Shown here: in pieces, positions 12,508 through 25,732 of the stretch | How the letters are laid out: every line of letters begins with the position of its first letter | How positions within the stretch are numbered: the stretch's first letter is position 1 | Source: Ramazzottius varieornatus | Taxonomy: Eukaryota > Animalia > Tardigrada | Length of the DNA: 64,000 bases | Direction: 5' to 3' | NCBI GenBank assembly: GCA_001949185.1 | Contig: BDGG01000013.1 | Coordinates: 561,018-625,017 of the forward strand | The notes under the pieces: generated by a model | Seen by the model: only the letters and a program-made list of their open reading frames with translations | What the model was told of the DNA's origin: nothing | The model's database searches: none | Translations under genes and position numbers: made by a program

Positions 12508-14116
12508 TACAGTAAATTTGCGGAATACCAAAGTTTCAGAAGTGGTGTCGCGCCGATCACGTTGCGTAAGATTCATCGAATGACAATTAAAGTCCCCAAT
12601 CGCGAAAAGCAGGTCTCCGGGCCGGAAAAATAAACCAGCACCTATTCGCGCAGACTCTGCAGGAGGGATCGGCAGTCCGCGTTACGTGGAAAACTGCACC
12701 GACTCTCCTTAATGTGTTCATTGCTTATAGGCGCGAATCTTAAGCTTTATTTGGGTAGCGGCATTTAGAAGGGTCAGTTTCGCACCGTTTCGCAAATTGT
12801 TCAGGAGACGCATTCTTCGTTTTCGCGAACAAGTGTGTTCGACTGAGGGTGTTCAGACTTGTCCATAGAGAATTCAACGGCCTATGGAACAACCCTATGA
12901 CATACTGTGTCCGGTATCTGGATAAATAGCTACAAGAGAAGGTAGACTGGGTCCCAGTACTACAGATTTCCATGGGCATGCCGCGACACGTTATGCAGAC
13001 ACGTAAAGTTGAGCCCCAGTCGGCGTATGATATCTTGACAACCTCCCGCCGGGGATTCATTGCGTGCACGATGACGTCACGTGGCATGTCCACGAAGCAC
13101 AGAATTTTCGTTCGACCCGAGGGATAACACATGTGCTCCTAAATGCCAGATCTTCCCCAACATATTGGGGTCCAGTCATATTTTGTCAAAGCTGTTCTAT
13201 CAGTCCTAACAGATACCCCGAACTCTTCTCTGTAGTTTCAGGTCAAAAGGCGAGGCTCTAAGCAATCGCGAAAACCGAATTTCCAAATGACGCTACCCAT
13301 TTAGAGTTGCCTTTTGATAACTTGGTCCATTTGAACTGATCCGTCGAGTCTGCAGTATCGGTGATCACGTTGATGTTAATCCAGCCGAATTTCAAGCACA
13401 GTTGGGAAAAAACTGAGAATATGGTGTCCTGATTATAGCTAATCCGCAGTCCATTGTACAGCGCAGACGTATAGTGACAACCAGGCGTAATTGGAGCTCC
13501 CATGCCGAAATAGCTGAACAATGAAGAGGACGCGATGTAGTCTTCTGTACAGGTCGTTCCGAGAAAGACGACGGGTAGGCCGAGTTGGTAGTACTTGACC
13601 ACCAGCTCATGCGTTGCACCTAATGCCTGCCGAACACTGCAGGTTGACCTAGATGAAGAGAACGCAAATTTTTCGGTCGATAGCGTGTCTCGATAGCGTA
13701 AAGGATGAACCGGCCAGGCACTAATCAGAACTTGCGTCGAGCAGGAACCAGAGGCATGACTAATGAGGAATCCGCGCACCGAGTGCACGCACCGCGGTTG
13801 TGGGGGGTCGAGTCTGGACAAGCGCTGTTGCACATTAACGCACATGCGCACCACTCACCGCATTTCGATCGACCTTTGGCAGCTGCTTTTCTGACGTAAC
13901 GTCGTTCGACTTCCTAGGCTGGGGAGGGGAGGGTGCCGTAGGTTAGCGTGGGATTCCGCGCAGAAACCTGGGTGTGTTGTCACTGCGACGTCAGTAACGC
14001 CGCCTCTAAAGATACTGCAGCCCGCATATCGGGACTGCGTGTTCGACTGGCTATTCACCCACCGGCCTGCGATTATCATCTTTTTTAGGGGGGGGGGCGG
14101 TTAGGAAGTCTTAAGG

Positions 14117-14775
14117 TACAGGCCACCTTAAAGGGCTATTTTCTAGAGCAAGATTTTCAAAGATAGACCATCTCTTCTGACCACTATCCTCAAAAGATGA
14201 GGTACCTGGTACTCGAGCAGAAGAAGGAATAATTTTTTGAAAAGATGCAAAAAGTTGTTCTTCGTTTCTCGAATATGTGGGATAGATGATTTTCTAGCGC
14301 TTCGACAAAAAGCCACTGGAGTATAAAGGGAATACAGAGTGAAAGCCCAATTTTATCAGAAATAGAAACACGGTGGAGCAGACTGAGAAGTTCTCAAACT
14401 CCATCAGTGGGAATTTCCCCGTTTCACTTTCGCTTGGTGCAAAAATTGAATTTCTTTCGAGCCTTGACAGCGGCCAAGCTTGACTTCCCTCTGACCAAAC
14501 TAGCCAATAGACATTCTTCTTTCATCCAGAGCCGAAGTCGGACTTAAACGTACAATGAGGAAGAAACTACATAACTTCTTCTAGAACGCAGAGCCCTAAA
14601 AAACTTCCCTTCATATACTTTGCAAAATGTTTTCAACGAGGGAATTGGCAGCCTAAGCGCTGGTTTTGCAGTATTGCTCATAAGTTGCTTTCACTTTACT
14701 GCAAAAAGTTGCCGAGATCGAATGACCACAGAATTTCTGGTGAACGCAGCTTTAAAACTTATTGAACCCCTATGT
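14117..14775 (+). repeat. Dispersed repeat, copy 2 (see 6233-6592)
   Basis: Long similarity to 6233-6592; TA at both ends. Confidence 0.7.
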
Positions 14776-15619
14776 ATCTTGCTCTTGACGCAATTATCCA
14801 AATCTAATTGCGCAGTTATGCAAATCTAATTGCGTGTTCCGGATTCTCTCATTCGTTTTTGCGCATCGATATCACTTAACGTTTCCCTGTTCGGCTTCCG
14901 GAACAGCTAAAGATGGTGTTAATAACTTGCGCTAGCATCATGAGGACGAAAACTAGGCAAAAATTGTCAATCAAACTTCATAGCGAAACTCAAACTTAGT
15001 CAGCCGGACCATACCGGTCAGCTGGTACAGAAAGCCATGTTGCTCAAACTACCTAACGAATGCGCTCTCTGCGCTCCTTTGGAATAGCATGTGTTATGTC
15101 ATTCGATCACTGACCAGTATCATCAAAGCGCTCAACGCTGGCCGGTGCGCCGCCAAAGATTACAGCAATGCGCCTGGCACAGGATATTGCACACCTACGG
15201 ATTGCCCAGCAAAGACGATACACCTGCGCGTTGGAGGTGAAGTTTCTTGGGCTGTTCGAACGCTATGTAGGAAACGCCGAATAAGATTCGTTGTGTCATC
15301 GAGCACCCGACTTGCCTTCAATTTCTGTTATGCTCACCGGGTGTAATTGAAATCAGGCACGTAATCCAAAACATCTGATACTCTATTAATGGCGGCTTTA
15401 ATCGCGGGATAGACGGCTGTCAGGTCAGCGGGATCCGAAGTTCCATTGAGCGGGAGTCCAAGAAGCACAACTTTCCGTGGCGGTCCTGGGTAAGGCTCTG
15501 GCGGTACAAGATCCATCAGATCGTAAGCCACTACCACACAAGGTGCGACAACAACCCACATAAATCTAATGACCCATGCTACCATGACAGGACTATCTTG
15601 CGAATCCCTAGTGGCTCTT

Positions 15620-16960
15620 ATGGAACTTACACTATGACTTGGTCACTTACGCTCCGAGGCACACCAGTTTTGTCCAAGTACTTCACTCACTCCCTTGGTA
15701 ACAGATCCGACGTTCGTAGCCCGTTTCAGTATCAAGAAAAACGACAAAGTCCAAGTCAGAGTCGTTCGTATGTGAACCTTCATCTGTATACTCAACAAGT
15801 GAGCCATTCTGATCATCCAGTTTGTGATGTACTAGCAAGAGTCATGTTTCCTTTGGTACTCTTGCTTTCGACTTTTATCTTACTACATCGACGAAATTTC
15901 TGCTCCTTCAGCGTGTGTCCATACCTAATACTGTTTCTCGCTTCGATGCTCACCGTTAGCGAAGCCGTCCAGACCTGGCCGAGGATCACTACAAAAGCAC
16001 CTACGATTCTTTGTCCAGAATCGCTGCCCATTCTCAAGTATATGCTATTGGGAAACTTCAACTGCAGATACTTTTCCGCCAGATTCAAAGGATGGATAGA
16101 CTCCTGCCTAGCGTGAGTTACATTGCAAAGAAGCGATTTCGTGGTTGGGGGCAGTCGGTGACGTCGATTTTATGGCGCTCAACATTAAGCCCGTGGAAAG
16201 GCTGAATATTCAATAAGCCGAAAACAGCGTATTACCGATGACCAAATACTCCAGATAATGATGTTACCGGCCGTCGACCAGCAGTTTACTTTCTAAGTGT
16301 ACATTTGCTGTTTTCTACCTCTGCAATGACTTCAGTACGTCAGAGTATCAACATCACATTAGATAGCTTGCGTAAAGATAGCTTTTACTCGAGAAAAGTC
16401 TGGCGTCAAAAACCACACAGAAATCAACACTTGGAACAGAACAAGTTTGCCTTCTGTTTCGTCGTCAAACATGAAATACTACTGAACGCCTCCAGTAATC
16501 AAAACCAGAGGCGTAGGCAAAGTCCGGTTCAGTCCGCACTGTGTGTGACGCTTACTTTGTGAGAGTTCACGCCTTCACGGTGATTCGCAACTCGCCCTGG
16601 ACACGTGTTAAAATCCTGTTAGTACTGTCATGCTTCTTCAACTTCGCGAAACACGTCATAATACACTCGGGACATCCCCCGGGGGGTTGTTGGGGTATAG
16701 TCACCGGACGCGGATTAACTCCACGCGTACGATCACGTGATTCGCGAAGTTCAAGAAGCATTACAGTACGTATTGACATTATTGCAGAAGACATGGTATT
16801 CCAAGTGGCGCGACTTTTTACGAGCTGATTAATCTCCCTGACAGGCCACGTGATATTTTTATCACGAATGGCCCTCCACGTTGCTGGTTTCTCGTACCAG
16901 TTAGTCATATTGATACTGTACATAAGTACTGCAGGCAGAGGTTTTCCTGTCCCATTGGCC
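15620..16960 (-). pseudogene. Possible heavily decayed ionotropic (iGluR/IR-like) receptor relic
   Basis: Fragments in the expected order across frames: RPVTIPQQP; VYYDVFREVEEA*QY; NRILTRVQGELRITV; hydrophobic IWSIWSSVITLF; SDSGQRIVGAFVVILGQVWTASLT (compare iGluR SGRIVG..SYTANL). Many stops. Confidence 0.3.
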
Positions 16961-18323
16961 ATGACGCATGAGCTACAGTGGGCAGGCTGCGTTTTGTCGA
17001 ATCCGAATTCTGAGTGATCGCTACGTCGTCCCATCCGACTGTGTAGTGTATGGTTGATGGGTGGTACTGCCACATTACTACCTTGGCTCACCGATCAGCT
17101 GGTCGTGACGTAACGAACTGTGCGCGTAGGACCGTAACCTGCCCACCGTAGCTCATGTGCCATGGTCTATGGGTCAGGAAAACCTCTGACTGCAGGACTA
17201 GCCTGTTTACATTATGCTACTTGGGCTTCATTAGCCCGGTCTTTATCCTATCCATATGGGTGAACGGATATGGTGTCCCTTACATGAGCTGCTTCGAAAC
17301 GACCTCCCGTATGAGTTGCATTTGACGTTCAAGATTAGTCGAAACTTGTTAGTTGAGGTTTCCCCAACCCAGCTGCAAAATATTATTGTAGGACGCAAAT
17401 CTTGACAGCCGGGATGGCCGATTTTTATTGAGTTGGCCCAATGCTATTATGGGAGAGATTCTCAGATAACGACGTCAATGAAAGAAAGGGAAAGAATAGA
17501 TGTAAGTACATGCTGAATGCAATGAGTCGACTGCTCTATTAACCAGTGGTGGTTAAAGAGAAGGAGAAGCTATGAAGTAAGATGTCCCCAGTGGTGATCT
17601 TGAGACAGACGCAGGAATACCAGGCATAAATAACAGGCTAACCAGTAAACCGGCATTTACTTTGCAGATGCGTACTGATGGAGCAGTTGTGATCCCTTAT
17701 CCCCAATTCGAGGTTTCACTAAAAAGATACAAACAATGTTTCTTAGTAGATCGTATAATACTGCTCTCGCTTACAAGAAGATTACGCCAACCATTAAATC
17801 CCGATGGTCAAATCGACTTCACAAGGAGAAAGAAGAGAGTTTGGCGCACAGTTTGAGCTGTAGACCTAGTGCGCAAAAAAATCCCGGAAGGTACTGCAGG
17901 ATCCGGAAGTAACGGGTCGAAGTCGCGGCAGTGACGTGAAGCTCTTTGATTGAGTATCTCGGCTGATCACATTTGTTCAGCCGATTAACTGTCTAGCACT
18001 TTGGAACTTAACGGCGCGCCATCACGCACTGCTAAAGTGTTATGCTTCGCCGCTCTGTACCCGAATGTCAAAGCAGCTGATCGGCCGAGCAACTTGTGAA
18101 AAATCATACCCAAGGGGACTCTAAATCGCAAACTCATCAGAGGAAGCTCGAGCTCCAGACAGTACGATCCTTTACTTAGCATGATTCCCCGATGTTTTCT
18201 GATTTTTCCAAGTGTTTGATGAGTCATGAGTCGTGATTTCGGATGTGATCAATCAATTCTGTACTAATCATTCGAAGATATTGGAGTGTTGATCAATACA
18301 GAATTGATAATTTGTTGATAGTA

Positions 18324-19978
18324 CAGTCACGGTCATGGGCACCCTCGTAAACTTTCCCTATTTCTGGTAAAGCTCGTCAACGGTCACTCCGAGTCGTTTC
18401 CAATTTTATGTAAATCTGGTTCGAAGCTTTACCCATCTACTAAAGACAATTCACATCAGAAAGGATCACTAATAGAAGCGAGGAAAATATTTTTCCCAAT
18501 TGTGCCCAAAATTCACCAGCTACAAAATATCGCATCACCTTAAGACGAAAATTTTTTTCTCACGTTTTTCTCGTTACGCGCTGGCTTCTTAGTATTTCGT
18601 TGGGTAGCCACGGTTCTTCTTTACGTTTCGAAACCGGTTCGGAATGGAACGAACTAACTTTGCGCATATTTCGGGGTCCATTCCGTACCAGATTTCCTTG
18701 ACGGTTTCCTCCAGTTCTTCCAGGTTCGAAGGATGCTTTCCTTTCAGCTGGCGTTCGACTTCCGACCATTAGTGCTCTATTGGGTTAAGGTCTGGTGAGT
18801 AGGGTGCCCACTGCAAGACTTTGATGTTCTTTTCGATGATCTAGTCCCGAGAAACGATTGAAGTATGCTTTGGATCGTTGTCGTGCTGGTAGTGCCATCC
18901 CTTCTTCAACTTCAATTTCTTCGCTGATTGAAGCACGTTCTGGTCCATAATGTTTCGATACATGAGGCCATCCATATTTCCTTTTATCACAACGAGATTT
19001 TCCACTCCTCTAGCGCTGAAACATCCCCAGAACATCAGCCGACCACCACCATGCTTCACAGTCGGTACCGTACAAACTGGCGCATATTCCTCACCCGGCT
19101 TTCTCCAAACTCGAACCATTCCATCTGAACCGAAGAGGTGTATTTTGGTCTCATCTGACCACAAGACGTTATTCCAAAACAACTGCGGTTCCTTTACGTA
19201 CATCTTGACAAAGTTTAGACGCTTCTTTCTGCTTGCGTAATTGACGAACGGCTTTTTACGGGCCACCCTTCCAAACATACCTTGATCCGGCGTTTGACTG
19301 TGGACTCCGAAATGTCAACGGAATGTTCGGTCTTTATTTGGGCTTGAATTTTAACAGCAGAAATACGCCGATCTTTCTCCGCCTTGCGCAAGATAATCCG
19401 ATCAATGAGGGCAGTGGTCTTCCGAGTTGGTCCCGGTCGTCGCTTCACTTCCGCTGATCCCGTCATCTCGAACTTCTTGATCATATTCTGGACTGTAGTC
19501 CGTGGAAGACATACCCGGCGAGCTATTTCACTCGTTCCGACGCGATTTGAATAATGTTTGATGACAGGTTCTCGAGTTTGAAGGGAGTGCTCAGATCTGG
19601 AGGATGACATTTTCGAAACTTTTTTTTAAGGTTTAGAACAGAAGATTTTGTTGGTTCAAACACGTCAGAACACGTAACGAAACCTGTGGTTTATGTGGAA
19701 AAAAATTTACATTGAACAGTCTTGTGGACACCAAGTTATTAATTTTTGAATCCAGGATTACCGTATCGGTGGACATTGAGAATTCCGGTGTCTTTTGGGT
19801 CGCCGAAATACAACGTTTGTTTTACTTTGAGATTTACTTTCATTGTCTTTGCAGTTTGAAAAGTAGTGTTTTGCCGGTTAGGAGAAGAAACAGTAATGTG
19901 ATTCCGTCCAGAGGATCGCGGTGTATACCGAAAAAAGTGAAAGTTTGCAAGGGTGCCCATGACCCATGACCGTGACTG
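18324..19978 (-). mobile_element. Tc1-family transposon, 1655 bp
   Basis: ta|cagtcacggtcatgggcaccct.. and ..gggtgcccatga(cccatga)ccgtgactg|ta. The right TIR carries a 7-bp duplication. Confidence 0.95.
18589..19610 (-). pseudogene. Tc1 DD34E transposase pseudogene
   Basis: Paired-like HTH, RKKP, WSDETK, HDNDPKH, W.PYSPDLNPIE (34 residues between D and E), ends GYPTKY*. Frameshift near 19282; premature stops at 18841 (TAG for W) and ~18770 (TAA). Confidence 0.95.
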
Positions 19979-22659
19979 TACTACTTGACGGCACTGCACG
20001 ATCAAAAGGGTATATCGTATACGTAGACTCGCCACCATGGGTCTTTGACTACCGAACGTTGACCATAGGTCTTGCTAGACTGGCCACTGGTGGCTGACTA
20101 TTGGCGTTGCTTGATTGGCCATTGGTTTTAGTGGGTCGGCCCCTGGGAAAAAAACCAGTGTTAGCTGGCCGCTAGTGTACCAGGTTGGCTACTGTACCAG
20201 GTGCTGGCAGTCGCTGGCGATGCTCACGTGGCATATGTGCTATGACTTATATGTGGTCCAATCGTGCACGTACCACAGACGATTAATGGGCAGAGATCAC
20301 TCGGTGCCAAGAAGTTTCTCTTTGATGTTCCGCCATAAGCTCAGGCTTACCATAGTTTGCCCCAATTTAAGGGCTTTAGAAAGCCTGAACAGCTTTCTAC
20401 GATGACTCAAGCGGTCTATGATTCATTCTGAAGCTCCGCTGGAAGGCCAGGAGCTGTCGTAAAAATACTCAATTAAAGAGCTCCACGTCACTGCAGCAAT
20501 TTCCACCCTTAACTTCCGGCTCCCGCAGTACCTTCTAGGAGTTTTTTGCGCACTAGATCAAAATTCAAACTGTGCGCCAAACTCTCTTCTTTCTCCCTTT
20601 GAAGTCGATTTGACTATCGGAATTTGATGGTTCGCCTAATCCCCTTGTTAGTGCTTTTAGCAAGGCAAACTCCCGTGGTTTATCTAAAATGCAGGAAAAC
20701 GCGTTCAGAACAGAACAGTTCTTGAGTTCTGAGGTTGCGTTAACGGTGCAAACCAAATTCACGAAGTAACTAAGGGTTCGACATTTTCATAGGGGTTGGG
20801 TTTCTACGGATTTTTGAAAATGGTAGACTAGGAGGATGTCAAAGTTTAAGATCAGAAACGAATTGAAAATGTGCCAAGTCGGATTTGACACAGGCCACAA
20901 CCATCAATCCGTACTTCAACCTTTTGCTGTCAACTCTACCGTCATCAGTGTCCAGTGTCGGAAAGAAGGACTGTGTGGCGAATTTTGCCGAAGGTCGACT
21001 CATATTTTTTACCTCAAGCACATCGGAATTATTGTATTAAATCAGGAATTCCTCCGTAGGGAACATTGCCTGCATTCCGAACCATACCGACGAACGAAAG
21101 CACGCCCTACCTAATACTGCTTGACCAACTTTAGTAGCAGTTTTAACCAGTGGTCGTCGAATTATGCGGAAAAGTTACAGAAGTTTGTCAGACGGTGGAT
21201 GTCTTGAGACACCACACGTCCACCTACCGTGCGCAAACAAAGTTGGCTCCAATTCACTCAAGGGTATAGAAACAAAATTATAGCCAACGACAGGTAGATT
21301 TCTTCAAAAAGAAGCTTTCTACAGCCAATAAAACATTCTATTTCTCCATTGCGTCTTGCGAATCCTCAGGCAGGAAACGTCAGTCATTACCCGATAGAGG
21401 AGTATTTGGTACTGTTGTCAGTGATGGATGAACGTTTGCTTGCTCTGTTTCCAGGAGGGGCCTCGAGCTTTCATTGTAGCCACAAGACTTCCGCCACTGA
21501 AAATGAAGGTTGATACTTTCTTAAAAACAAACTCATACCAAACTTTGACTTCTATACTTCAAAAACCAGCCAACTCATTTGCCAGAAACCTAGTATTAGC
21601 GGTTTTTGGAGAAGCAGCTTTGTTGAGGAACGGAAACTTTTCCGCCAAATAGCATTTTGAGAAATAACGCAAAATTCATCACTGAACGTGATGGCGAAGG
21701 GTGCCAACCCAACTTCCACGAGTTTCAAAGTCATGAGAAAAACGATTTTTATCACTGATCCCTAACTTTTAAGAGATATCAATAGGACTGGCTTTTACAA
21801 TAATCTTGTTACCAAAAGAGAGAAAATATGACACAAGAACGTCCAGGAGTGATGCCTTAGAGTGGAATTCCACTGGGCGGTAATAGCTTTCTTGTGTTCT
21901 AGTGACAACAGCTCCACCCATTGCAGAAATCGAAAATGTTGAATTTTCACATATTACGCGACTATACTATGCTGTTGACTTGAGCGGGCTACTTTGTTTA
22001 CAGCGGAGAATCGCCGATTGGAACTTGCTGTGTTGGATGGATAAGTCGCGGAATATGTTGACCTTCAACAATAAGGGAGAATGTTTTGTCGTTGACTTGG
22101 CTTTTCCGATCACATTCTGGTTTTTTTGTTAGAATACTGAGCATCGTGATTCACTAAAATTTTCAGTCAGTATATATTCGTCAGTGGTGGTTTGAGCCCC
22201 TTGGGTTTAAGGACAGGTTAGCCATTTTCGATAAACTGTTCGATTTGTGACGAGTCGGTGCGGTACAGACGAGAGACCGTCAAGGTTTACCTCCTTTGGC
22301 TAGTCATGCTGCCTTGAACATAAACTCCAGCCGTCAAAAATCAAAGTATGTACAGTATGTACAAGTTAGCGTACGGGTACTAAACTCCGATTCAGCCACC
22401 GCATAGAGTTCTGAGTGGACGCGCTTACCATCCATCCGAACCGCATCAGAAGTAGAAGTGACAATCATTTTTGTTTGTTGAGACTGGCATTCAGCTGCCA
22501 CTTTCGTGCCCCCCCCTTCCAAGAGTCGATACACGACTTTGCAAACCGGGAGCCGATTCACTGCAGAAGAGACTCGGTTTTTGTAGATCATTTTCTTAAA
22601 CGAGACTTGGCTGGGCATTCTGTCCCGATATCATTAATGTACGGACTATCCAACTGTCA

Positions 22660-23812
22660 AGATATCTTGACTGTGGTGTTGCCGAATAAGTCCTGCTGTT
22701 TAGCACCCCGGGAAAATATTTTGATGTATGAGTAATAGTAGGTCTGTCAGTATGACTTTGCGGTTTTCGGCGGAACACTTTCGTATTCGGTTTTTGGCGG
22801 AACGTATTTTCAGAGCTCGAGTACAGACATTAACAACTTGGCTGATGTTCTATCTGTCTAACAGACTCTTGCCAATTTTTTAAAGCAAGACCTGGTCAAT
22901 GAAACGAGATCAAGAAACGAGAAAAATGTCGGAAGGAGTGAACCTCAGTTCTATACACAACCTTTTTGAAAAAAAAATAGGCTTGAGACAAGCTTTCTCA
23001 ATTCGAGAATGATTGAAACGTTCTATAGTCCTGAAAATGATATGTCAACTGCGAGAAGAGAACCCCCCCAAACAAAAAAGCTTCGAGAATTCTGAAAAAG
23101 AACTTTTGTGCAAAACAGGGAGGAAAGTTGCGGTTGTCGACGTGCATCACTTTGGTAAGGTGGGAGCTTCTCAGTTTTTCCTCTCTATCACTGCTCTACG
23201 AAATAAGAGCGAAAGCTATTGGCGAGTACAATCTTGTATTTACTATTCACTTTCGAAGTTTGAAAAGTTTCGCTTCCGACCGGCTTTCAAACCAAGTATT
23301 TTTGAATTGCTCGCTGTCAGTTTTCCCAAGCGTTTTCTCCCACCTGACTGACTGATGGAGTAGACTGTTCTCGCCGAAAGTGAAGCGATCATTCGCTAGC
23401 GTCTTCGTTGAGGTCTTGTTTATTGTAGTGTCTGAATTTCTAGCTGCCTTGGTGTGGCTACAAGGAACAGAACTCTGGGTTGTGATAATTTTCGAAAATT
23501 TGCGATCACGAAACGTTCTCGTACAAGACCACACAAATGCACGGATCAGAGTTTTCAGTACCTTGGCTGAAAGACTATTGTATCTACTGTTGTTTATAAA
23601 AAAAAGAAAGGAGCAATTCCGCCAAAGGCCACAGATATGAACTTTCAAAATTTCCCACGGAAAAACCGCAAAGTCATACTGGCGGATCTAATATTTCGAT
23701 GCACGAGTAGATATCTCATGTATGAGTGAAACATTTCAAACTAAATATTTCTCGAGGTGTTAGACAGTAGGATATAGTCCCCCGACATCGATTACATGAG
23801 CAGTCAAGACAC
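22660..23812. mobile_element. Decayed ~1.15-kb element with long inverted termini
   Basis: tcttgactg..cagtatgactttgcggtttt (22665-22768) is inverted against aaaaccgcaaagtcatactg..cagtcaaga (23662-23810). Confidence 0.6.
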
Positions 23813-23876
23813 AAAGAAGAAACGGTCAGCCCACCCCCTGGTCACGTGGTATCCCGCGTGGCAAGGCCTGATGAGT

Positions 23877-23965
23877 GGCGCGGTGGTAGACTGGTAATAC
23901 TGTCTGCCCTCCCTTGCCGAGTCTGCCTAGCAACCACGCGACCTGGGTTCGAATCCGACCCAGTT
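23877..23965 (+). repeat. tRNA-derived (Gly-like) SINE head or tRNA pseudogene
   Basis: A-box-like tggtagactggta and B-box ggttcgaatcc; no clean cloverleaf. A weaker similar B-box lies on the minus strand near 10010-10070. Confidence 0.45.
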
Positions 23966-25732
23966 TGGGATGGAGTTATTGCTGTTTAAGCCATTTTCCA
24001 GCCACCTTCCAGCGTGTATACTGTAGCGTTAACATTGCAATGAATGAATGACTCGTCGGACAGCTCGCTGGCCCATGACGTCGACTGGATCTCTTCTTCA
24101 AGCTGCGGAAACGACCTAGGCTCTGCTCTACATCGCTACGTCAGGCGGCTGTGCCCAAACCGGAGGCGTATGACTGCACTGAAAAGACCTCATTAGCCAT
24201 GCATCGACAGTATGCCGACTGGTGAGGAAGGCAACAAGCGTCGGACTTCGGACTATCTGGATCCGAATGTCTGTACACTCTATTGACCTTCGGTTGTACT
24301 TTGCCATGCACGATGTGATCTAGACCTTCAGTCGTCTGTTTAACGGATACTACTATTGTCAGTGGTCCTGCCCTCAGTTGTCCTAAGTCTTGATCTAGTG
24401 CTGATCGCTTTGCTTGATTGCCTGTCTAGCTGTTACTGAGTGAAGTTATATCCGCTTTCTCTTCGCTCTTCTACACCCTCTTTCAGATCGGTTACATCAG
24501 TAGCCTGGCTCGGCATTCTAACTTGATCTTAATAAAGGATATTAAAGTACATTATTATACCTCTTGCCGCTAATGACGGTGTAAGCCGTGTGACCACGGA
24601 GAGACCGAGGATTTCTTTCATTGCGGTGTCAGGTATTCGGGAAAGTTCCAACAGGGCTGTACCAACTCTCGAAAACACCTAGATCATACCTGGCTCAGAT
24701 ACTGTAGGTGCACGTATCCGCCCGTCGGCCAGAGAAGGAAACCGACAGTTATAACCATACCTAACGCGACGCAACAAGAACATAATATATTTTTGACATA
24801 TTCGCAAGCAATTTGAAACTAAGATGAGGGCTGCTCCAGTCAGGATCGAGATTGGGTTTCCGCACTTCCTTAGCTCGCTGAATAGCTCGAGGACATGAAA
24901 TATATAAGGATTTTCACAACACAACGATTCCGGTCGGCGCACTCCTGCAGGAACATTCACAACTGGGTAAAAACTTGGACTGTCGTTCAGTTTTAGCGGA
25001 CTTAATATATATTGAGCGAAAATAACTGGCCCCAGTGTCTAACCCAACTGAAAAGGGCCAGATGAACAGAGACCGCCGACAGAACAGCCGTTTCCGCTAA
25101 GTGCGCCATCAATACCCATCAAGTCACATTTACACGATCGTACTACAGTGCGTCTCCGTATGCAAAGTTCAGGACCGTTCAGGGGCGGCGTGTTACGCTA
25201 CTCACGTTAAGCACTGGGACCTAAAAGTGAATTGAGGGTCGCAGAGGGTTTAATTTAGGGCCGAAGTTTTTTGGGCGTACTTTGAAGGTGCATGTGTTTT
25301 CTAGGTTAAAATCACCGCCGCCCGCCACGACGAAGGCTTCTGGAGGTGGTAGTGGGAACGAGCTCGTAAGAGAGTTGTGGTTTGGGTTGTACCGCAGGAC
25401 GGGTGTCGGGCGATGAACCCATTTACCGAGCAGCACTATCCCGGGAAGTAATGTACTGTACCACTGTTTTCAAGCAACGCATCTCCAGTAGTTGGCCATG
25501 AACGCAATGATCGCCACCGTATTGCTCGGCGTAAGAGCGTTGGTAGAGTGATCGTTCTGTCGTCGGGAAATCCCTTGCAGAAGTCGACTAAAGTGTTACA
25601 GTATTAATCATACTGTGGTGGTTCGAAAGCTCATGGCAACTACGGGTGCAGTGGAACAACCAGAAGTTTTGATGGGCTCAAGGCGAACCTGTTTTGGAAA
25701 GAGTCACCTGGCCTGGCTAAAGTCTTCTTAGC

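Larger units (their letters stand above)
492..15585 (-). pseudogene. Receptor guanylyl cyclase-like gene A (signal peptide, ANF-receptor ectodomain, TM, kinase-homology domain, coiled coil); probably disabled; cyclase exons not in the window
   Basis: Exons approx. 15338-15585 (MVAWVIRFMWVVV..), 13311-13648, ~5880-6018, ~5419-5572, ~4990-5313, 4876-4890, 3618-3899 (..PLNKPMCGYTNEYC), 2977-3532 (TM GGICLALVLFGVASFYI), 967-1387 (HSRLTSQCLYLDAQFVLKVADYG, WTAPE, DIYSFGIILQE), 709-895, 492-644 (ends LFVPR|gt). Lesions: in-frame TGA at 5903-5905 and a frameshift near 3192. Several intron positions match gene B. Confidence 0.85.
17770..20655. repeat. Diverged ~190-bp inverted repeats bracketing the Tc1 element (older foldback element)
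   Basis: 17770-17960 (caaatcgacttc..agaaagaagagagtttggcgcacagtttga..ctagtgcgcaaaaaa) matches the reverse complement of 20465-20655. Confidence 0.75.

Noticed and set aside
23877-23965. Functional tRNA gene
   Set aside because: A and B boxes are present, but the acceptor and anticodon stems do not pair.
24020-24560. Possible solo LTR (TG start, AATAAA)
   Set aside because: No convincing terminal CA with a matching TSD.
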